Positions 1-12,925 of a stretch of DNA of 64,000 bases are shown in pieces. The notes beneath the pieces are model-generated. The model saw only the letters and a program-made list of their open reading frames with translations, ran no database searches and had not been told where the DNA came from. The DNA is taken from NCBI GenBank assembly GCA_026770705.1, contig JANJGN010000038.1, positions 12,276,001 to 12,340,000 on the forward strand, in the 5' to 3' direction. The DNA is from Isurus oxyrinchus. Taxonomy: Eukaryota. Every line of letters begins with the position of its first letter. Within the stretch, counting starts at the first letter, position 1. The translations under genes and the position numbers were made by a program.

Positions 1-385
1 TTGATGTTGAACGCTTTAACTGTCAGATATAGTTTAGTGTTGAGCAGAGGCCGCAGGAGACTCTGGGCTCACTGCAGTGGGGAGAGACCCAGGGACCCAC
101 AGATGGAAAAACGCAGGAAATCCATCATTTTACTGTTTGCTTTATCGGGGAATTTTATCCTGTTGTGGGTAGTTTTATGATACATTTTGTTTGTAATAGG
201 CCATATTTGTTAGATGCTATTCCTGTATACCTTCCTAGGTTTGTGCAGGAACTGGGATTTATATTTCAGCTCCTGAGTTGTTGCACTAACACGGCCATTT
301 ATGCAGTGACCCAGACTCAATTCAGCAATTGAAGAATGTGGTGAAATATTCCTTTTCTGTAATTGTTAAATTTATTAAACAGTGA
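1..385 (+). pseudogene. GPR139/GPR142-like GPCR, copy A, 3' part (TM5 to C-terminus), frameshifted; truncated by window edge
   Basis: Frame 1 reads LMLNALTVRYSLVLSRGRRRL...DPQMEKRRKSIILLFALSGNFILLW, then a frameshift (TGA at 178-180). It resumes as ...QELGFIFQLLSCCTNTAIYAVTQTQF and, after a second frameshift, ...KNVVKYSFSVIVKFIKQ* (TGA 383-385). Collinear with the other copies in the window. Confidence 0.85.
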
Positions 386-1399
386 CAAGAATATCCATTA
401 TCAACACGAGTTGACCCTGTTTTATTCCCAATCTCTTCACCTCGGTGATGAGCACAGGGTGAGGCCAGTTTTCATCTTTCACCGCCAGGATTCAATGACT
501 AACAGAAACGGTGCATTTGGGAAGTAATTTACCTCAGTCCTGTTTGTCCTGCTGGTTTTCAGGCTATTCCAACTCTCCTGCTGTCCCTGGGCATGGTGTG
601 TGAAATTCCCACCCACCAGGCTCGAGTTTCATGTCATTACGCAAAGGGGTTTTGGAGGAAAAGGCCACTCAGGCAGGTTACAGTCCATGGGCGGACATGC
701 TGCAGTATCACAGGGAAACCTTGTTCAAAACATTTCGGACCAATCTGCAGATGGGAGGGTGGTTTCTAGAGGTTCGAAGGTCATTGATTTTAGCTTTTCA
801 AATTCTTTCTGTGATTTTATTCCAGTGTTATTAGAGCTGAACAGTTACAGAACCTCGGAGCGGCAAGTCTCCTCGTTTCAAATAATGGTGTATTTCCAAT
901 GCATAAGTTATGTTCCAGTGAAATTCGTCAATTCAAATGTCACTCTGAACCCAGCCTGAAAAAGGATGTTCAGGAGAGGAGAGAGAGGGGGGGCCAATGT
1001 GCTCGGATCTGAAAAAAAAAACAGAAAGGCTGGGAATAATCAGCAGCCCTCGCTACCTTTGTGTAGCGAGAAACGGACGAATGCTTCAAGGGCTTCCATC
1101 AGTGTTGTGATACTCTAAGAAATCCAAAGGCTTCCTCCTGCTGCAGCAGTAACTGAAGCATGTCATTTCAAAGTGTGAGGTGTGGGGTGAGGGGGGCTGG
1201 CGGCCTAAGTGGGGTTTTTTTGTTGTGGGGTTTGTGGTGCTGGGGTGGGGGGAGGTGTTTAGAGTGAAATATCAAACTTTGTCAGCATGTCACCAGTGGG
1301 GTACTGCAAGGAACACCACTTGAGAGCCAGCTGTTCACAACGTAGCAATGATTTGGATGTGTGCGTCAAATGTAATATTTCCAAGTTCGAGGATGACAC

Positions 1400-2295
1400 A
1401 AAGCTTGATGGGAACGTGTGTTGTGAGGAAGGTGAAAAGCAGTTTCAAGGCGATTTGGACTGACTTAGTGATGGGGACAGAACAGAAAAGATTAAATTTA
1501 ACCTGGAAGAATGTGAGGTTAACCAGTTTGGTAAGATCAGCAGATGTGCAGATTATTTCATAAAACGTGAGATCCGAGAAAATGTAGCTGTGCAAGGGGA
1601 CCTGGGTGCCCCCATCAATAAGTCTCTGAAACTTCACATACACATGAAGCACTTAGGAAGGCGAATGGAATGTCAGTCTTTATCACAAGAGGATTTGGAT
1701 ACAGCAGCGAAGTCTCGTTTCCTTTGTATATAATCTTGGTTAGGCCACCCCTGGGGTACAATGTGCAGGTGTGGCCCCCTTACCTTCGGAAGGCTGTAAT
1801 TGTCATTGAGGGAGTGAATCGAAGGCTCACCAGACTTGCCTCAGGGATGGCGTGACTATCCTGTGAAGAAGGATTGGGGACACTGGACCTGTATTCTCTA
1901 GAGTTTCGAAAAATGAGCAAAAATATCTCATTAACGCAAACAAAACACCTGAATGGAAGAAATTGTAAATGCAGGTCAGATATTTCCCCTGGTTGGGGAT
2001 TCTAGAACCAGGGGACACAATTTCAAAATAAGTGGAAAGCCACTACGACTGACATGAGGAGAATTGCTTTTTTACTCAGAAGTTTGCGAACCTTTGGAAT
2101 TCTGCATCCCAGAGAGCTGTGGAAGTTCTATCATTGATTTTGTTTAAAGCAGATAATGGCAGATTTCTAAATACCAAAGATATAAAAGGTATGGGGATAG
2201 TGCGGGAAAAAGATGTTGAAGTGGAAGGTCATCCATGATCACAATGAAAGGTGGGACACGTTCGATGGGCTGAATGGCATTCTCCTGTTCCTCTG
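1400..2295 (+). mobile_element. CR1-clade LINE, degenerate 3' part (RT C-terminus and 3' UTR)
   Basis: LVRPPLGYNVQVWPPYLRK resembles the CR1 ORF2 motif LVRPHLEYCVQFWSPYLRK. It ends in the CR1-type tail gggctgaatggcattctcctgttcct. Confidence 0.8.
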
Positions 2296-2344
2296 TTTCC
2301 ATGCAATAGGTTTGGATTTTTTTGCATTGTTTATTTGAAGGGAG

Positions 2345-2720
2345 CATTGTGGACAAAGCCAGTGTTTATTGCCATCCCTCATTTCCCTGGGGAAGATGTT
2401 GGTGGGGACGTTCTTGAAGAGAAGTTGTCCATCTGGTTTGGCTTGTCTGCAGCGGTTTGATATAACTCACGGTGTCCAGACTATTTCAGGACCAGCCACA
2501 TTGCTGTGAGTATGGAATCTCGTGGAGCAGCCAGAATGTGTGGAATTCTTGGAGATTACCAGAGATTTCATATTTAGACCGAAATCATCCCCATTCGTGA
2601 AAGGGTTTCAACTCCTGATTTTTTGACGGAAATTCAGCCAGTTGCTGTAACGGGGTTTGAACATTTCTTCAGTCTTTTTAGCTTATCCGCATTGTGACAT
2701 TACCAATACACCAGGATCTC
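2345..2720 (-). mobile_element. SINE (same family as 12575-12925), degenerate
   Basis: Reverse-complement matches to the tail (tttattgccatccct) and body (ccacattgctgtg...atggaatc) of the copy at 12575. Confidence 0.5.
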
Positions 2721-2924
2721 CCTGTCGGTGTGGAGGGGGCGGGGGCATAGCAGAGAATGCCTGGGATGATGTTTACAGCACTGGACAAACAACAGAAGAA
2801 AGAATGGATCCGCCGAAACTCTAATTGTCTGTTCCCACTGGGAAGCAGTTGTTCAGTTGCTCCGGTGGCTACAAGTGATTCACTCACACATCCATTCTGC
2901 TGAAACAACAAGGACACCCAGGTC

Positions 2925-3338
2925 CCGTTGCACATTCCCCTCTCTCAATTTATAGTCATTCAGAAAATAATCCGCCTTACTGTTTTTGCTACCAAAACGG
3001 ATAACCCCACAATAATCCACGTTATATTGCATCTGCCATGCATTTGCCTACTCACTCAGCTTGTCCAAATCACACTGGAGCATGTCTCAATCCTCCTCAC
3101 TGCTCACCCTCCCACCCAGCTTTGTGTCATCTGCAAATTTGGAGATATTACATTTAGCTCCCGCATCTAATTGATTAATATATATTGTGAATAGCTGTAG
3201 TCCCAGCACCGATCACTGCGGTAGCCCACTAGTCACTGCCTGCCATTCAGAAAAAGAACAGTTTCTTCCTATTCTTTATTTCCTGTCTGGCAACCAGTTT
3301 TCTATCCATCTCAATACACCATCCCCAATCCCATGTGC
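2925..3338 (-). mobile_element. CR1-clade LINE RT fragment
   Basis: Reverse complement of tttgtgtcatctgcaaatttggagatat encodes ISKFADDTK (RT catalytic motif). Confidence 0.8.
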
Positions 3339-3392
3339 AATGGCAGCGGTGAAAGAAAAATGCAGCCACCAGACGAGGGAAGTCCTGAATGG

Positions 3393-3643
3393 AAAAAGCA
3401 AAATATTGCTGCAGTTTCTGGAAATCTAAAACTAAACAGAAAATGCTGGAAAAACACAGCAAGTCCAACAGCACCTTTGGAGAGAAAGATGGGATTAACG
3501 TTTCGAGTCTGTCCGACTTTTATTAAGATAAGAAGACTCTGAAGTAGAATCATGCAGGCTCAAAACGTTAACACTATATTTTTCTCCACAGATGCTTTAA
3601 GAACTTAATAGTTTTTAGAACCTTTTCTGTTGTTGATTCAGAT
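3393..3643. mobile_element. Fold-back (head-to-head) Penelope-like terminus with target-site duplication
   Basis: Two inverted arms of the same terminal sequence that caps the Penelope ORF remnants at ~34925 and ~60985. Flanked by direct repeat gtcctgaatg (3382-3391 and 3644-3653). Confidence 0.7.
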
Positions 3644-3974
3644 GTCCTGAATGCCATTGCAGTAGAGGAAGGGAGAGAGATTGGGAGAGAGAAAGGGTTT
3701 TAGCATTAACTCCACTCATTCATAAATATCATTCCGAGTCTTGAAGATGTGTAGGTAACTTTTCTCTTCCGAACCCTTCCTATATTCAACAATAAGGAAC
3801 CTCGTGCCTGAACTCTGGGGCATTAGATAAAAGTGGCTCAGTTTCAGAAGGAAAACATTGGAAGATAGTGGGATATGAAGAGAAACTTCTGCTGTTATTC
3901 CCGTGATCGGGAGGCTCTGAAGTATCGTTTGACGAAACGATGAAGCAGGTAGAACGAAATCCCTGTGGTGATAA

Positions 3975-4183
3975 ATGCAAAATACCACGGATGCTGGAAA
4001 TCTGAAACAAAAACAAAAATTGCTGGAAAAACTCATCAGGCCTAACAGCATCTGAAGAGAGAGAAACAGAGTTGATGTTTCGAGTCCATCTGAAGAAGGG
4101 TCATAACGACTCGAGAAGACCACTCTATTTTTGTCTCCACAGATTCTATCAGACCTGCTGATAATTTCAGCGTTTTCTGTGTT
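3975..4183. mobile_element. Fold-back Penelope-like terminus
   Basis: gatgctggaaatctgaaac...agcatctg arm followed by its reverse complement (cagattctatcagacctgctg...ttttctgtg). Degenerate CTGAAGA...GACTCGA core at ~4090-4115. Confidence 0.7.
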
Positions 4184-5588
4184 TACCCCTGGGGTGATGT
4201 TCAGCGAGTTCAGGGAGATGGTATCAGTAGGAATGAGTTGATCAGGAATACAGTTCAAGATCACAGCAGAAGGGCGAATGACAGCGCTAATGGATTTAAC
4301 AGAAAAGGTGGAAGTGGAGAGTCGGCCTGTGTTTACTCGAATAAGGACCATGTATATGCTAAACGGAAAGGGGTGGGCCAGGGCGAGGTGCGGGCTACGT
4401 CTGTTTGTTTATTTAAGAGAAAATGCAAAGCCAGTGTCTCAGTATCCGATCGGCACCAGGATCTGTGAACAAGCCCCATGTTTATGGTTACTTACAGCAT
4501 AAAGTTAGACCCCACCTTTGAATATTTTCACGGTTTTGACCCCCCGTATGTCGAATAGACCTAAAGCTCTGTAATAATTTGCAGGATTTGTACTTAATAA
4601 TATATCAGTGCCAGTCCCTGGAAACATCCCTTGGTTTGTGCTCCATATTCTGCCTGTGTTATATATCTAGCTTGTGGCATCCCCACTTCAAAGTGTTTAA
4701 TCGGACAATGCAGAGGGATCTTTACCGTTTTTCTGACCCTGATTGCACCAACGGTGGGAGTGTTTGATGGGGTATTTTAAAGGAAGTTTTCTGCTCCAAT
4801 TTCCTGTCCTATATCAGCCTCCAATGAAGCCGAACACTATAGTTTAGAATTACCAGACATGTGACTGTGACCGCCCAGAGTGAAATCACCGAGGTGACCT
4901 TCCCTGTTCAATCATTTCACCTCGGTCAATTGCCAGAAACAGGCAGAGGTAAAAGTCTCCTTACACGGATGGGACGATGGGTGGCCCAATGGGGTCTTCG
5001 GTGCAAACAGATCCCAGACAAGACTGGTAAAACTGGGAGAAATGTGTAATAGGGAAAATGGAGCGATGTGAATGGGCCTTGGAGAAAGGAATCCAGCAAA
5101 GTCACAGTTAGTCCACTTTTCATTCCATTTTATTAGTAATATCAGAGAATATTTCACAAGAAAGTTTATTTTAAAGTTAACAGAAGTGAATATAATGCCT
5201 GAGGTCACGTTGGGAACAGAACACATGCACGCTGAGTTGGTAAATTGTATGTACCACTGGAACATAGATCAGAAAGAGAAAACTGTGGCTCAAAGGAAAG
5301 GGAAGCGGGCAATAATGAATAACGAATGAAAACGTTACTTAATTACAATTGAAATCCTACCTCTAGGGAAATTAGATGCTACAATTACATTACAACCATT
5401 ATCATCTCGCACATTTCATACATGAAAAAGGAAATACTGCTATAGGTTCGGTTACAGATTTGGGATCACAAATTGAAGACATTTCACCTTTAGAATCACC
5501 AAGACAACATATTTTATACTAGAATACAGAGATCTGAATAAACAGCTGAGGAAAAGCTACAGGGTCCAAACCTTTTCATTTGAAAAGA

Positions 5589-5597
5589 TCATTTGAT
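5589..5597 (-). other. Ig heavy-chain TM2 micro-exon (coding part), cassette 1: ATC AAA TGA = IK*
   Basis: Preceded by the polypyrimidine acceptor ttttctgcctcttttacag. Same position and acceptor in all three cassettes. Gives a K-I-K tail comparable to the canonical KVK of membrane Ig. Confidence 0.75.
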
Positions 5598-5744
5598 CTG
5601 TAAAAGAGGCAGAAAATAATGAAGCAGATGTTTATGATCTGGTGCATTCATATTATAGTTTTTAATTGTTGAAATATTTAGAAAGTTTTCAAACCGCTTC
5701 TGTCAGATTGTAGTGTTCAATCCACTAGGATTGAATATTCTCAC

Positions 5745-5872
5745 CTTTACCAGAGTGACGGCAGCGCTGTCGAAAATGCTCAGGAAGAACAGGACAATGA
5801 ATGTTGGAGCTATTGTCCAGATGTTCCCGTTATCGTCCTCATAGCCTTCAATCCAGATGCGGTCTGTTGAAT
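5745..5872 (-). other. Ig heavy-chain membrane exon TM1 (mu-like), orphan cassette 1
   Basis: 128-nt exon, tag|AT...AAG|gtgaga, phase 1 start. Reads (D)STDRIWIEGYEDDNGNIWTIAPTFIVLFFLSIFDSAAVTLVK: acidic spacer plus the antigen-receptor transmembrane (CART) pattern W-T-T-A-S-T-F-I-x-L-F-x-L-S-x-F-Y-x-x-x-V-T-L-x-K. Confidence 0.88.
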
Positions 5873-8179
5873 CTACACGGATATTACCGAGAGGTTGGCC
5901 AATGGGAACCTCAATTAATCTCAGCAAAAAAAAACAACAAATCATGTAATACATTTAAAATCATGCGATGTCGGAATGAAGCTGGAATTTATCCATATGA
6001 AAGTATCTGCTATTAGATAGAAACAGATAACACTCACGAGGAGAAAGATGGAAAGCCAAGGTGTCACGTCGACGCCATTTCATCAGAACATTCAGGTCTT
6101 CACCATCCAGTGTCTTTTGTTACGTTTGCGCCGTTGCTTTTTTGACTTGTGCAAGTTTGCCTACCATTTTATTGCCGTTTATTTATTTGAGGATAAAATT
6201 ATTAATATTTTATTTCAGTTTTGCGGTAGCTGAATGGATAACAAAGCTTAGCATTGCACTGCACAGATGGAGGCCAGTACACCCATTATTCCTTTTCCTG
6301 AAAGTGCTATTCCATTTGTCCGGTTCCAATGCTCTTTCTCATAGTAATTTATTTTCCTTTCTGAATAGTGATTCATTTTTGGAAGAAATATTATCCAGTC
6401 TGCTTCTACCACGTGTTCAGCTTGTGCATACACAGGTCACCATGAATAACTTATTTAAAATGTCCAGATATTCCCATTGGTTTTTTAACCTCTACTACCA
6501 AAGTAAAACAAACAGAAAAGAAATACAGAGAACAGGAATTGAATATAGTTATTACTACGGGTGCCAAGTAGCAGTAATAATCCATGGGGATAGCAACTTT
6601 AGCCACCATTTTCGACCGTGGACTTGAATGAGCTGATCTCAGTGCTGGGAAGTATAGTATAAAAAAATTGCGTACCACGCTAACTTAGGAAGGGCTGAGG
6701 TTTTGCTAATGCTAAGGATGAATGTGACCAAATACAAGAATATTAGAAACACATGAGGATAAATGGCAAAGTAATTTAATTCTGACCAAGATTGAAGATT
6801 AAGCCGAGGCAAACTATTGGTTGGAAATTATGATCTTAAATGAGATTAAGACTCGGGGTCATCCAGAATGGTAATGCTTCATAAATCAAGGAATGCCCAT
6901 TGAGATAAATGCCGCAACATTTGCAGATGATTGGGAAATTTCAAGTGACTAAATGTTCAAGAAGAATTTTTCACGAATATGTCCACTGAAGAGTCCACGC
7001 ATGTTGACTGAACGTCCAATCAGCACGTCAATAAAACACCCCTAACACTTTTGCAGTTCCGTTGATAGCTCATCAACCTGAAACGGTTACCTGTTTTTTT
7101 GTTCTCAATCCAGAGATGTTATCCAGTCAACGAAATGTGTCCAGCATTTTCTCTTGCATATATAAACAGTCTCCGAAGAGAGCAGAATAAATTAATATTG
7201 TATTTTTTTTCATGTTATTGGAGTGGGATATTGAGACAGACAAATTTTCAATGATCAATAATTGGGACTCAGAAATACATACTTTTATAGGTATAGAGAC
7301 GTTGGGAATAGGCGAATTTCGTGCAGATATTTAAAACACCTCCACGCATTTAATGGATAAAAAAATGACTTTTTTTAGAGCATGTCAGAGAATCGTTGTG
7401 ACTCAGGTCACATTGCGATCAACATGGTTAATGAACAGCTGTCCAATATTCAATTCTGATTCGTCGACCTAAGTGGCCAGTTAACTTTAATCGAGCTTCC
7501 TTATGCAAATACGTAAGCACATTGCAGGGTGCCGCACACAAATTAAAGAGAAGGTCCTGACCATTAAAGAGTGGCTGGTGCTCCAGGAAAGCAGATGCCA
7601 ATTTGATCCAGGAATGTACAAAGTATTGAGTTGATATTCAGAGTGCGTACTCCTGAGCAACCGTTGCTGCAAGTAAAGCCACGGAACAGATGGATGCAAA
7701 GTAATCTCAATATATAGTGGATATATGTCCATGAAAGGGAGTCTGTGCCATTCAACTTCACCAGGTAGGATCCATTTAATGGATGCGATACACTTGGCTT
7801 TTTCAGTCCTTGCACGTAGTTCATCTAGGAATCAGTTGCTAGAATCGGTGGATATATTTCACAAGGTGTTACTAGCATGTTGATGCATAGTGCCTATACG
7901 GCACGGATACAGAGATGAATTGGCCTAAAGTGGATATCCTAGAGTCTCCTTATTTGAACCTATTTTTTTAATGCAGTTGATAATGACCCGAAGCTCAAAG
8001 ACACAACAACAATGGCTGAATTTGTGGAGGGAACAAGGCTGTTGAAGATGGTCGACTGCAAAACCTGATAAAGATTAGCTCCAGGAAGATGTTTGGAATA
8101 GGAGAGACAGACAGTATTTGCACTTCAACAGATAGGAATGGTAAAAAATAAATGCCACATGTAGACCAGAATTGCAATG

Positions 8180-8790
8180 AGCCTTTCTTCGGTCGCTAGG
8201 AACTGTGGGAATCGATTGTTTAGAATTCTGAACAATTCATTAAGATATTTATGCTATGATTGGAGGAAATCTTCATGGGTTATGCTAGTGACATCGTTTT
8301 TGACACATTTTGACACCAGTTGATGCCATACACTTGGATTTCGAACTTAAATCCCTTAAGATTCCACACAAAGGTTAGTTCACAAGATGATGACTCATGG
8401 GTTTGAAGCGAATACATTAGCATGGGTAGAAGATCGGTCAATGTCGAGGAAGCAAATAATATGGTTTATCGGGCATTTTCAGGGTGGCAGGCTGGCAGGC
8501 TGTCACTAGTGGAGTGCCACAACTTTCAATGATGGCCTCTGCTACAATTTGCTTTAATCACTTAGGAAAAGACCTGGAAAATAACAGAGTTGCTGACGAT
8601 TCAAGGCTTGGTGCGGGTGCAAGCTGTGAGGAGATCGCAAGGAGGCTGAAAATTGATGTCGAAAGGTTAAGGGAGTGGAATTTCTATCGGAGTACAAAGT
8701 GCAGAAAAGTGAAGTCGTGCAATTTAGCGGTAAGAAAGTGAAACACAATGTTTCTAAATGATGTAAATCATGCAAATGTTGATGCTGGCT
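8180..8790 (+). mobile_element. CR1-clade LINE RT remnant
   Basis: WQAVTSGVPQ and ADDSRLG motifs in ORF 8484-8741. Confidence 0.7.
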
Positions 8791-8799
8791 GAACCTCGA

Positions 8800-9335
8800 A
8801 ACGGGCAAAATACAGAACATATCCAACGAGACAGTGCTGGTAAAGATGAAATTACAGTGTTCAACATTGGATGCGATTCGGAACTCGAGAACATTTGCTA
8901 AATAAAATTAATTGCACAAGGAATAACGCTGACAACCAACTCAGATTATCAGTTGGGCTTGCAGAGTGGTGCACTTGCATGTAATGGGCGCTGCATATTT
9001 TAATACACAGGACCCTGTTCTTTGTAAGCAAAAGTGACATGCACACACATTGTGCGTGGTTCAGCTAAACACAATAAGTGACAGCCATTCGCTGACTCAT
9101 TCCTCAAGGCAATGCATTGACTAATCAAGGCCAAGCTGCCTAGTTAAAATTTCAAACAAAGCTTAGGAGTTAACTTTCAGTCGCCATAATTCATGCATTC
9201 TCCATGATAATTCCTCTGCCGGAGTCCACTTGCCAAGCAATCAGCACTCTCTTCACATGCAGTATAAATTGTTGTTTTCCCCTTACATCGGTATTCTTAA
9301 AAAGTGACCTGACGAGTCAAAAAATGTTTCAAATT
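8800..9335 (+). mobile_element. Penelope-like element family 2, 3' end (ORF C-terminus plus terminal repeat)
   Basis: Degenerate ...HLLN...IISWAC...YFNTQDPVLCKQK, homologous to the minus-strand copy at 11700-11870. Followed by the terminal repeat also seen at 16470-16830. Confidence 0.6.
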
Positions 9336-9339
9336 GGAG

Positions 9340-9830
9340 GAAGATTTCGCCAGGAGTTGGTGTCAGCACCCTTTTTCTGGATATATATAATTGCTTTGAC
9401 TTGAGTGTACGTGACATAATTTCAAAACTTACAGATGTGACAAAACTTGGAAATATTGCAAACTAATGTGATGGGGGTGCTGAACTTCCAAAAACCATGG
9501 ACAGATTTATAACATGGGCATACAAGTTGGCAGCTTAACTTTAACATAGCTATCTGTCAAGTGAATCACCTTCGAATGAAGAATAAGGATAAGAAAACTC
9601 GAATAAAGGATATGATTGTAACGGGATTGCAGGAGCTAAATACATGTTCCATATGTTTATAAATCGGCATACAGGAAGCTTGATTATATAAGTAGCAATC
9701 TATGATAAAAACACAAGAACGGTTTGGCTCAGCTGGAGCATTTGAGTCCAGTTCTGGGAAGAACATTTTGCAAGGATTTTATAGCTTTTGAAATGATGAC
9801 AGGGATGAGGAACATCTGTCACAAGTTGTC
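9340..9830 (+). mobile_element. CR1-clade LINE remnant
   Basis: atttcaaaacttacagatgtgacaaaacttgg (ISK.ADDTKLG-like) and cagctggagcat...ccagttctgg (LEY..QFW-like). Confidence 0.6.
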
Positions 9831-10075
9831 ACTTGGTAGTATAGAATTACGTGTATTGCTGAAAATGAGGAATAAGTTATGGAAGCTTATTGTCTTGCAC
9901 TCATCATGAATCCCGAATTGCAAATGATCACAGAACTCGAAGCTGATTGGCCGAGCACAGCCACGGAGAATGCAATGGAGAGCCGTTAGCTCCCCATGAT
10001 TTTAGGCAACTCAAAAGATGACCTACCATCTAGAACCTCAGCACTATCCAGGACAAAGCAATGCGGTTGACTGGC

Positions 10076-11269
10076 GCATTCGATACGGTGCAACGTAAAA
10101 GATTATTGCACAAGATAAGAGCTCACGGTATTGGGAGAAATGTATTAGTATAGATTGAGGATTAGATAACACACAGGATACAGAGAGTCTGGATTAATGG
10201 GTCCTTTTCAGACGCATTGGAAAGACGCAACAAATGGAGTGCCAGAAGTATCAGTCTTGGCGCCTCAACTATTTATTATCTATTGCAATGACTTGGAGGA
10301 GCGGACAGAGTGTGATGTATCCAAATTTGCTGAAGATACAATAGGTGAGAAGCCATGTTGTGAAAGGACATAAGGAATATAAAAGGGGTTGTAGATAGGT
10401 TGAGTGAGTGGGAAAAAAAGAAAACACTTGGCAGATGGAGATTAATGCAAGAAAGTGTGAGGTCATTCACTTTTGTAGGAAGAATCAAAAGGCAGACTAT
10501 TATTAAAATGGAGAGAGACCCCAAAAACATGCAGGATCTGATTGTTCTTGTGTACGAAACACAAAACGTCAACATACAAATGTAACAAGTAATTAAGAAG
10601 GCAAATGACATTTTGGCCTGTGTTGCTAGGGGTTTACAGTTTTAAAAATAGGGAGGTCTTTTTACAAATGTGCTGGCTTCGGTGGGGCCACACCTGGAGT
10701 GCTATGTACAGTTTCGGTCCCCGTATTTAAGAAATGATATATTGGCATCAGATGCAGTTCAAAGCGGATTCGTTAGGCTGATTCCTGGGATGAAGGAGTT
10801 GACTTATCAGGAATGGCTGAACAGACTAGGACTTTATTTATTAGCGTTTAGAGGAATGAGGAATTATATTATTGAGATGAACAGAATCTGAGGGGAGGGG
10901 CTGTTGGCAGGTGGATATTGAGAAAATGTTCGATCTAGTGGCGGAATCTCGAGCTAGGGGACATAGTTACATAATAAGGGGCCACTCATACAAAACTGAG
11001 TTGCGAAGGAATATCTTCTCTCTGAGAGTATTGAATGACTGGAATTCTCTACCCCAGAGAGTTGTGGAGGCTTGATCTCTGAAGGTATTTAAAAAAGAGA
11101 TGGATAGATTATTGAAATATCGTGAGTTGATCTTCATGGAGAGCTGGCAGTACATAGGAGTTGAGGCCTGGGGCAGATCAGCCATGGTGTTATTGAATGG
11201 GGGGGGGGGAGGGTTGGACGGCCGAATGGCTTACTGATGTTGCAATTTCTTATTATCACTTGTCTATTA
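10076..11269 (+). mobile_element. CR1-clade LINE, 5'-truncated, nested in an older LINE
   Basis: AFDTV...GVPE.SVL, SKFAEDT, VGPHLECYVQFRSPYLR motifs and a CR1 3' tail (ggccgaatggcttactgatgttgcaatttctt). Confidence 0.85.
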
Positions 11270-11680
11270 CCACCCCATCGACAAACATTCAGTCCCTGCA
11301 GCACCGATGCAAAGAGGCAGCAGTTGTGAACAACCTACATAATGCATTTCAGGATCTTACCAAGGCTTCTTAGACATCATCTTACCAATCTACGATCTCT
11401 ACTGCCTGGAAGATCAAGCACAGGAAATGAATAAGAACACCATCGGCTTCAAGTTCTCTTCCACGCCACACACCATCCAGACTTTGAATCAGATCATCGT
11501 TCCTTCACTGTCATGGAGGTGAAATCTTTGAACTTCCTCCCTAAATGCACTGTACCTGTATGTACACTACATGGACTGCAGCGGTTCAAGAACGCGGCTC
11601 ACCATCAACTTCCGAAGGACAATTAGTGATTGGCAATAAATGTTAACCTAGCCAGTGAAGCGTAATTCTGCACACAAATT
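11270..11680 (+). mobile_element. 3' end of a second LINE family (same as 44225-44865); its upstream part is at ~10030-10075
   Basis: actatccaggacaaagcaatgcggttgactggc (10045-10077) joins caccccatcgacaaacattcagtccc (11271), matching the uninterrupted copy at 44430-44490. Confidence 0.75.
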
Positions 11681-11699
11681 TTGAAAGACCTTGGAAAAT

Positions 11700-12550
11700 T
11701 AATTTAGCTTGCAGAGATCCAGTCCTTGTTTATGAATGCATGTTGCCCCTGACAAGTTTTAATGAGCCACGTGACCAACTTGACGGATCACCTTGAAGTT
11801 CTTGCTACTGTGCCGCAATTAGCGCACTCAAGACTGCTCAACGAATGCTGACCAATCGTGGAATCGTCTCTAATTGTTGGAGTTTTGATTCAAGTTTTAC
11901 AAGCGCGGGCTGCTTCTGTTGGATCTTTGTTCTGTATATTATGAACCGGGTGGAGGGACATTTTGTTTGATTCGACCAACCAATCGCTGGGACCTCTGAC
12001 TCACTTGCCTGGTGCTGGAATTCATACACGGCGTTACTCAATTGCCTGATGAGTAGAAACTTGGTTTGTTCTATTCTCTTCAACTGATTCGTGAACAGTA
12101 CCACTCGTGTCGCTGTTGCATCATGACAACATTTTTTTTGTTAACCTGGAGTTCCAATTTTGGGCTACTTGAGTCTTCCAGGATAACTTGAGATATACCC
12201 AGGTATTTTCAGGCCCGAAAGGGAAGGCTGTGGCCATTTTGCGAGTTTGTCTAAAGCACTGCGGACAAAGAGACTGCAGATATATTTTTGTATACTTGCT
12301 TTTCAAATAATTTAATCTATTTCGATGAATTATTGTTCCTTATAATTGGTTAATTGAGATACAATAGTTTAAAACTGAAATAAACTTTCTTCAAATATCT
12401 GGATTGGACAAATTAAACCAATATGTTGGTTGAAGTACAATCGTAAACTGAAGGGAGATACGTATCCCCAGTGTAACCTAAAGCAGCGCAATTGTATGTG
12501 TGATTTCTTAAATTCTCTGTTTCTCGGTATGTTTTTTCTCTCCATTTCAT
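11700..12550 (-). mobile_element. Penelope-like element family 2, GIY-YIG endonuclease region, degenerate
   Basis: Minus strand reads SNAVYEFQ...SQRLVGRIKQNVP...DSTIGQH, resembling the Penelope GIY-YIG signature SNVVYxFxC...YVGxTxxRLxxRIxQH. Confidence 0.65.
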
Positions 12551-12574
12551 TGGGATGATGGTGGCGCCATCGCA

Positions 12575-12925
12575 CTGTCATAAAGCTAATAATCCAGGTG
12601 TCAAGGCTAATACTTTAGAGACAGAGGATCAAATCAAACCAAGGCAGCAGATAGAGTTTCAACTCGTTGAATGAATCATAAATTATGAAACTAGCCCCAG
12701 CAATAGTGACCATGGAACTATCACAGTTTGCTGTAAAATCCCATCTGGTTCACTTAATTAGCCTGGTCTACTTGTGACTCCAGTCCCACAACAATGTGAT
12801 TGACTCTTAACTGCCCTCTGAAATGGCCAAGTAAGCCACTCAGGACAAAGGCATTAGGGATGGGCAACAAATGATGGCCTGTTCAGTGACATCCAGGACA
12901 TGTGAAAGCATCAAGAAGAAATAAA
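12575..12925 (+). mobile_element. SINE with tRNA-like head and LINE-derived tail
   Basis: Body gtgactccagtcccacaacaatgtgattgactcttaactgccctctgaaatggcc. Tail attagggatgggcaacaaatg is shared with the LINE 3' ends at ~11620 and ~44800. Further copies at ~24290, ~41090 and ~51755. Confidence 0.7.

Noticed and set aside
3716-4351. 211-aa minus-strand ORF
   Set aside because: Runs through a fold-back repeat, has no recognisable domain, and is not preserved at this length in the paralogous block at ~57990-58650.
5450-5489. Alternative TM2 exon ag|GTG AAA TGT... (VKCLQFVIPNL*)
   Set aside because: The acceptor and frame are not preserved in cassettes 2 and 3, whereas the IK* micro-exon with a good polypyrimidine tract is present in all three.
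6061-6678. 188-aa hydrophobic plus-strand ORF and overlapping minus-strand ORFs next to Ig cassette 1
   Set aside because: No GPCR, Ig or other motif recognised; composition is consistent with AT-rich non-coding DNA.
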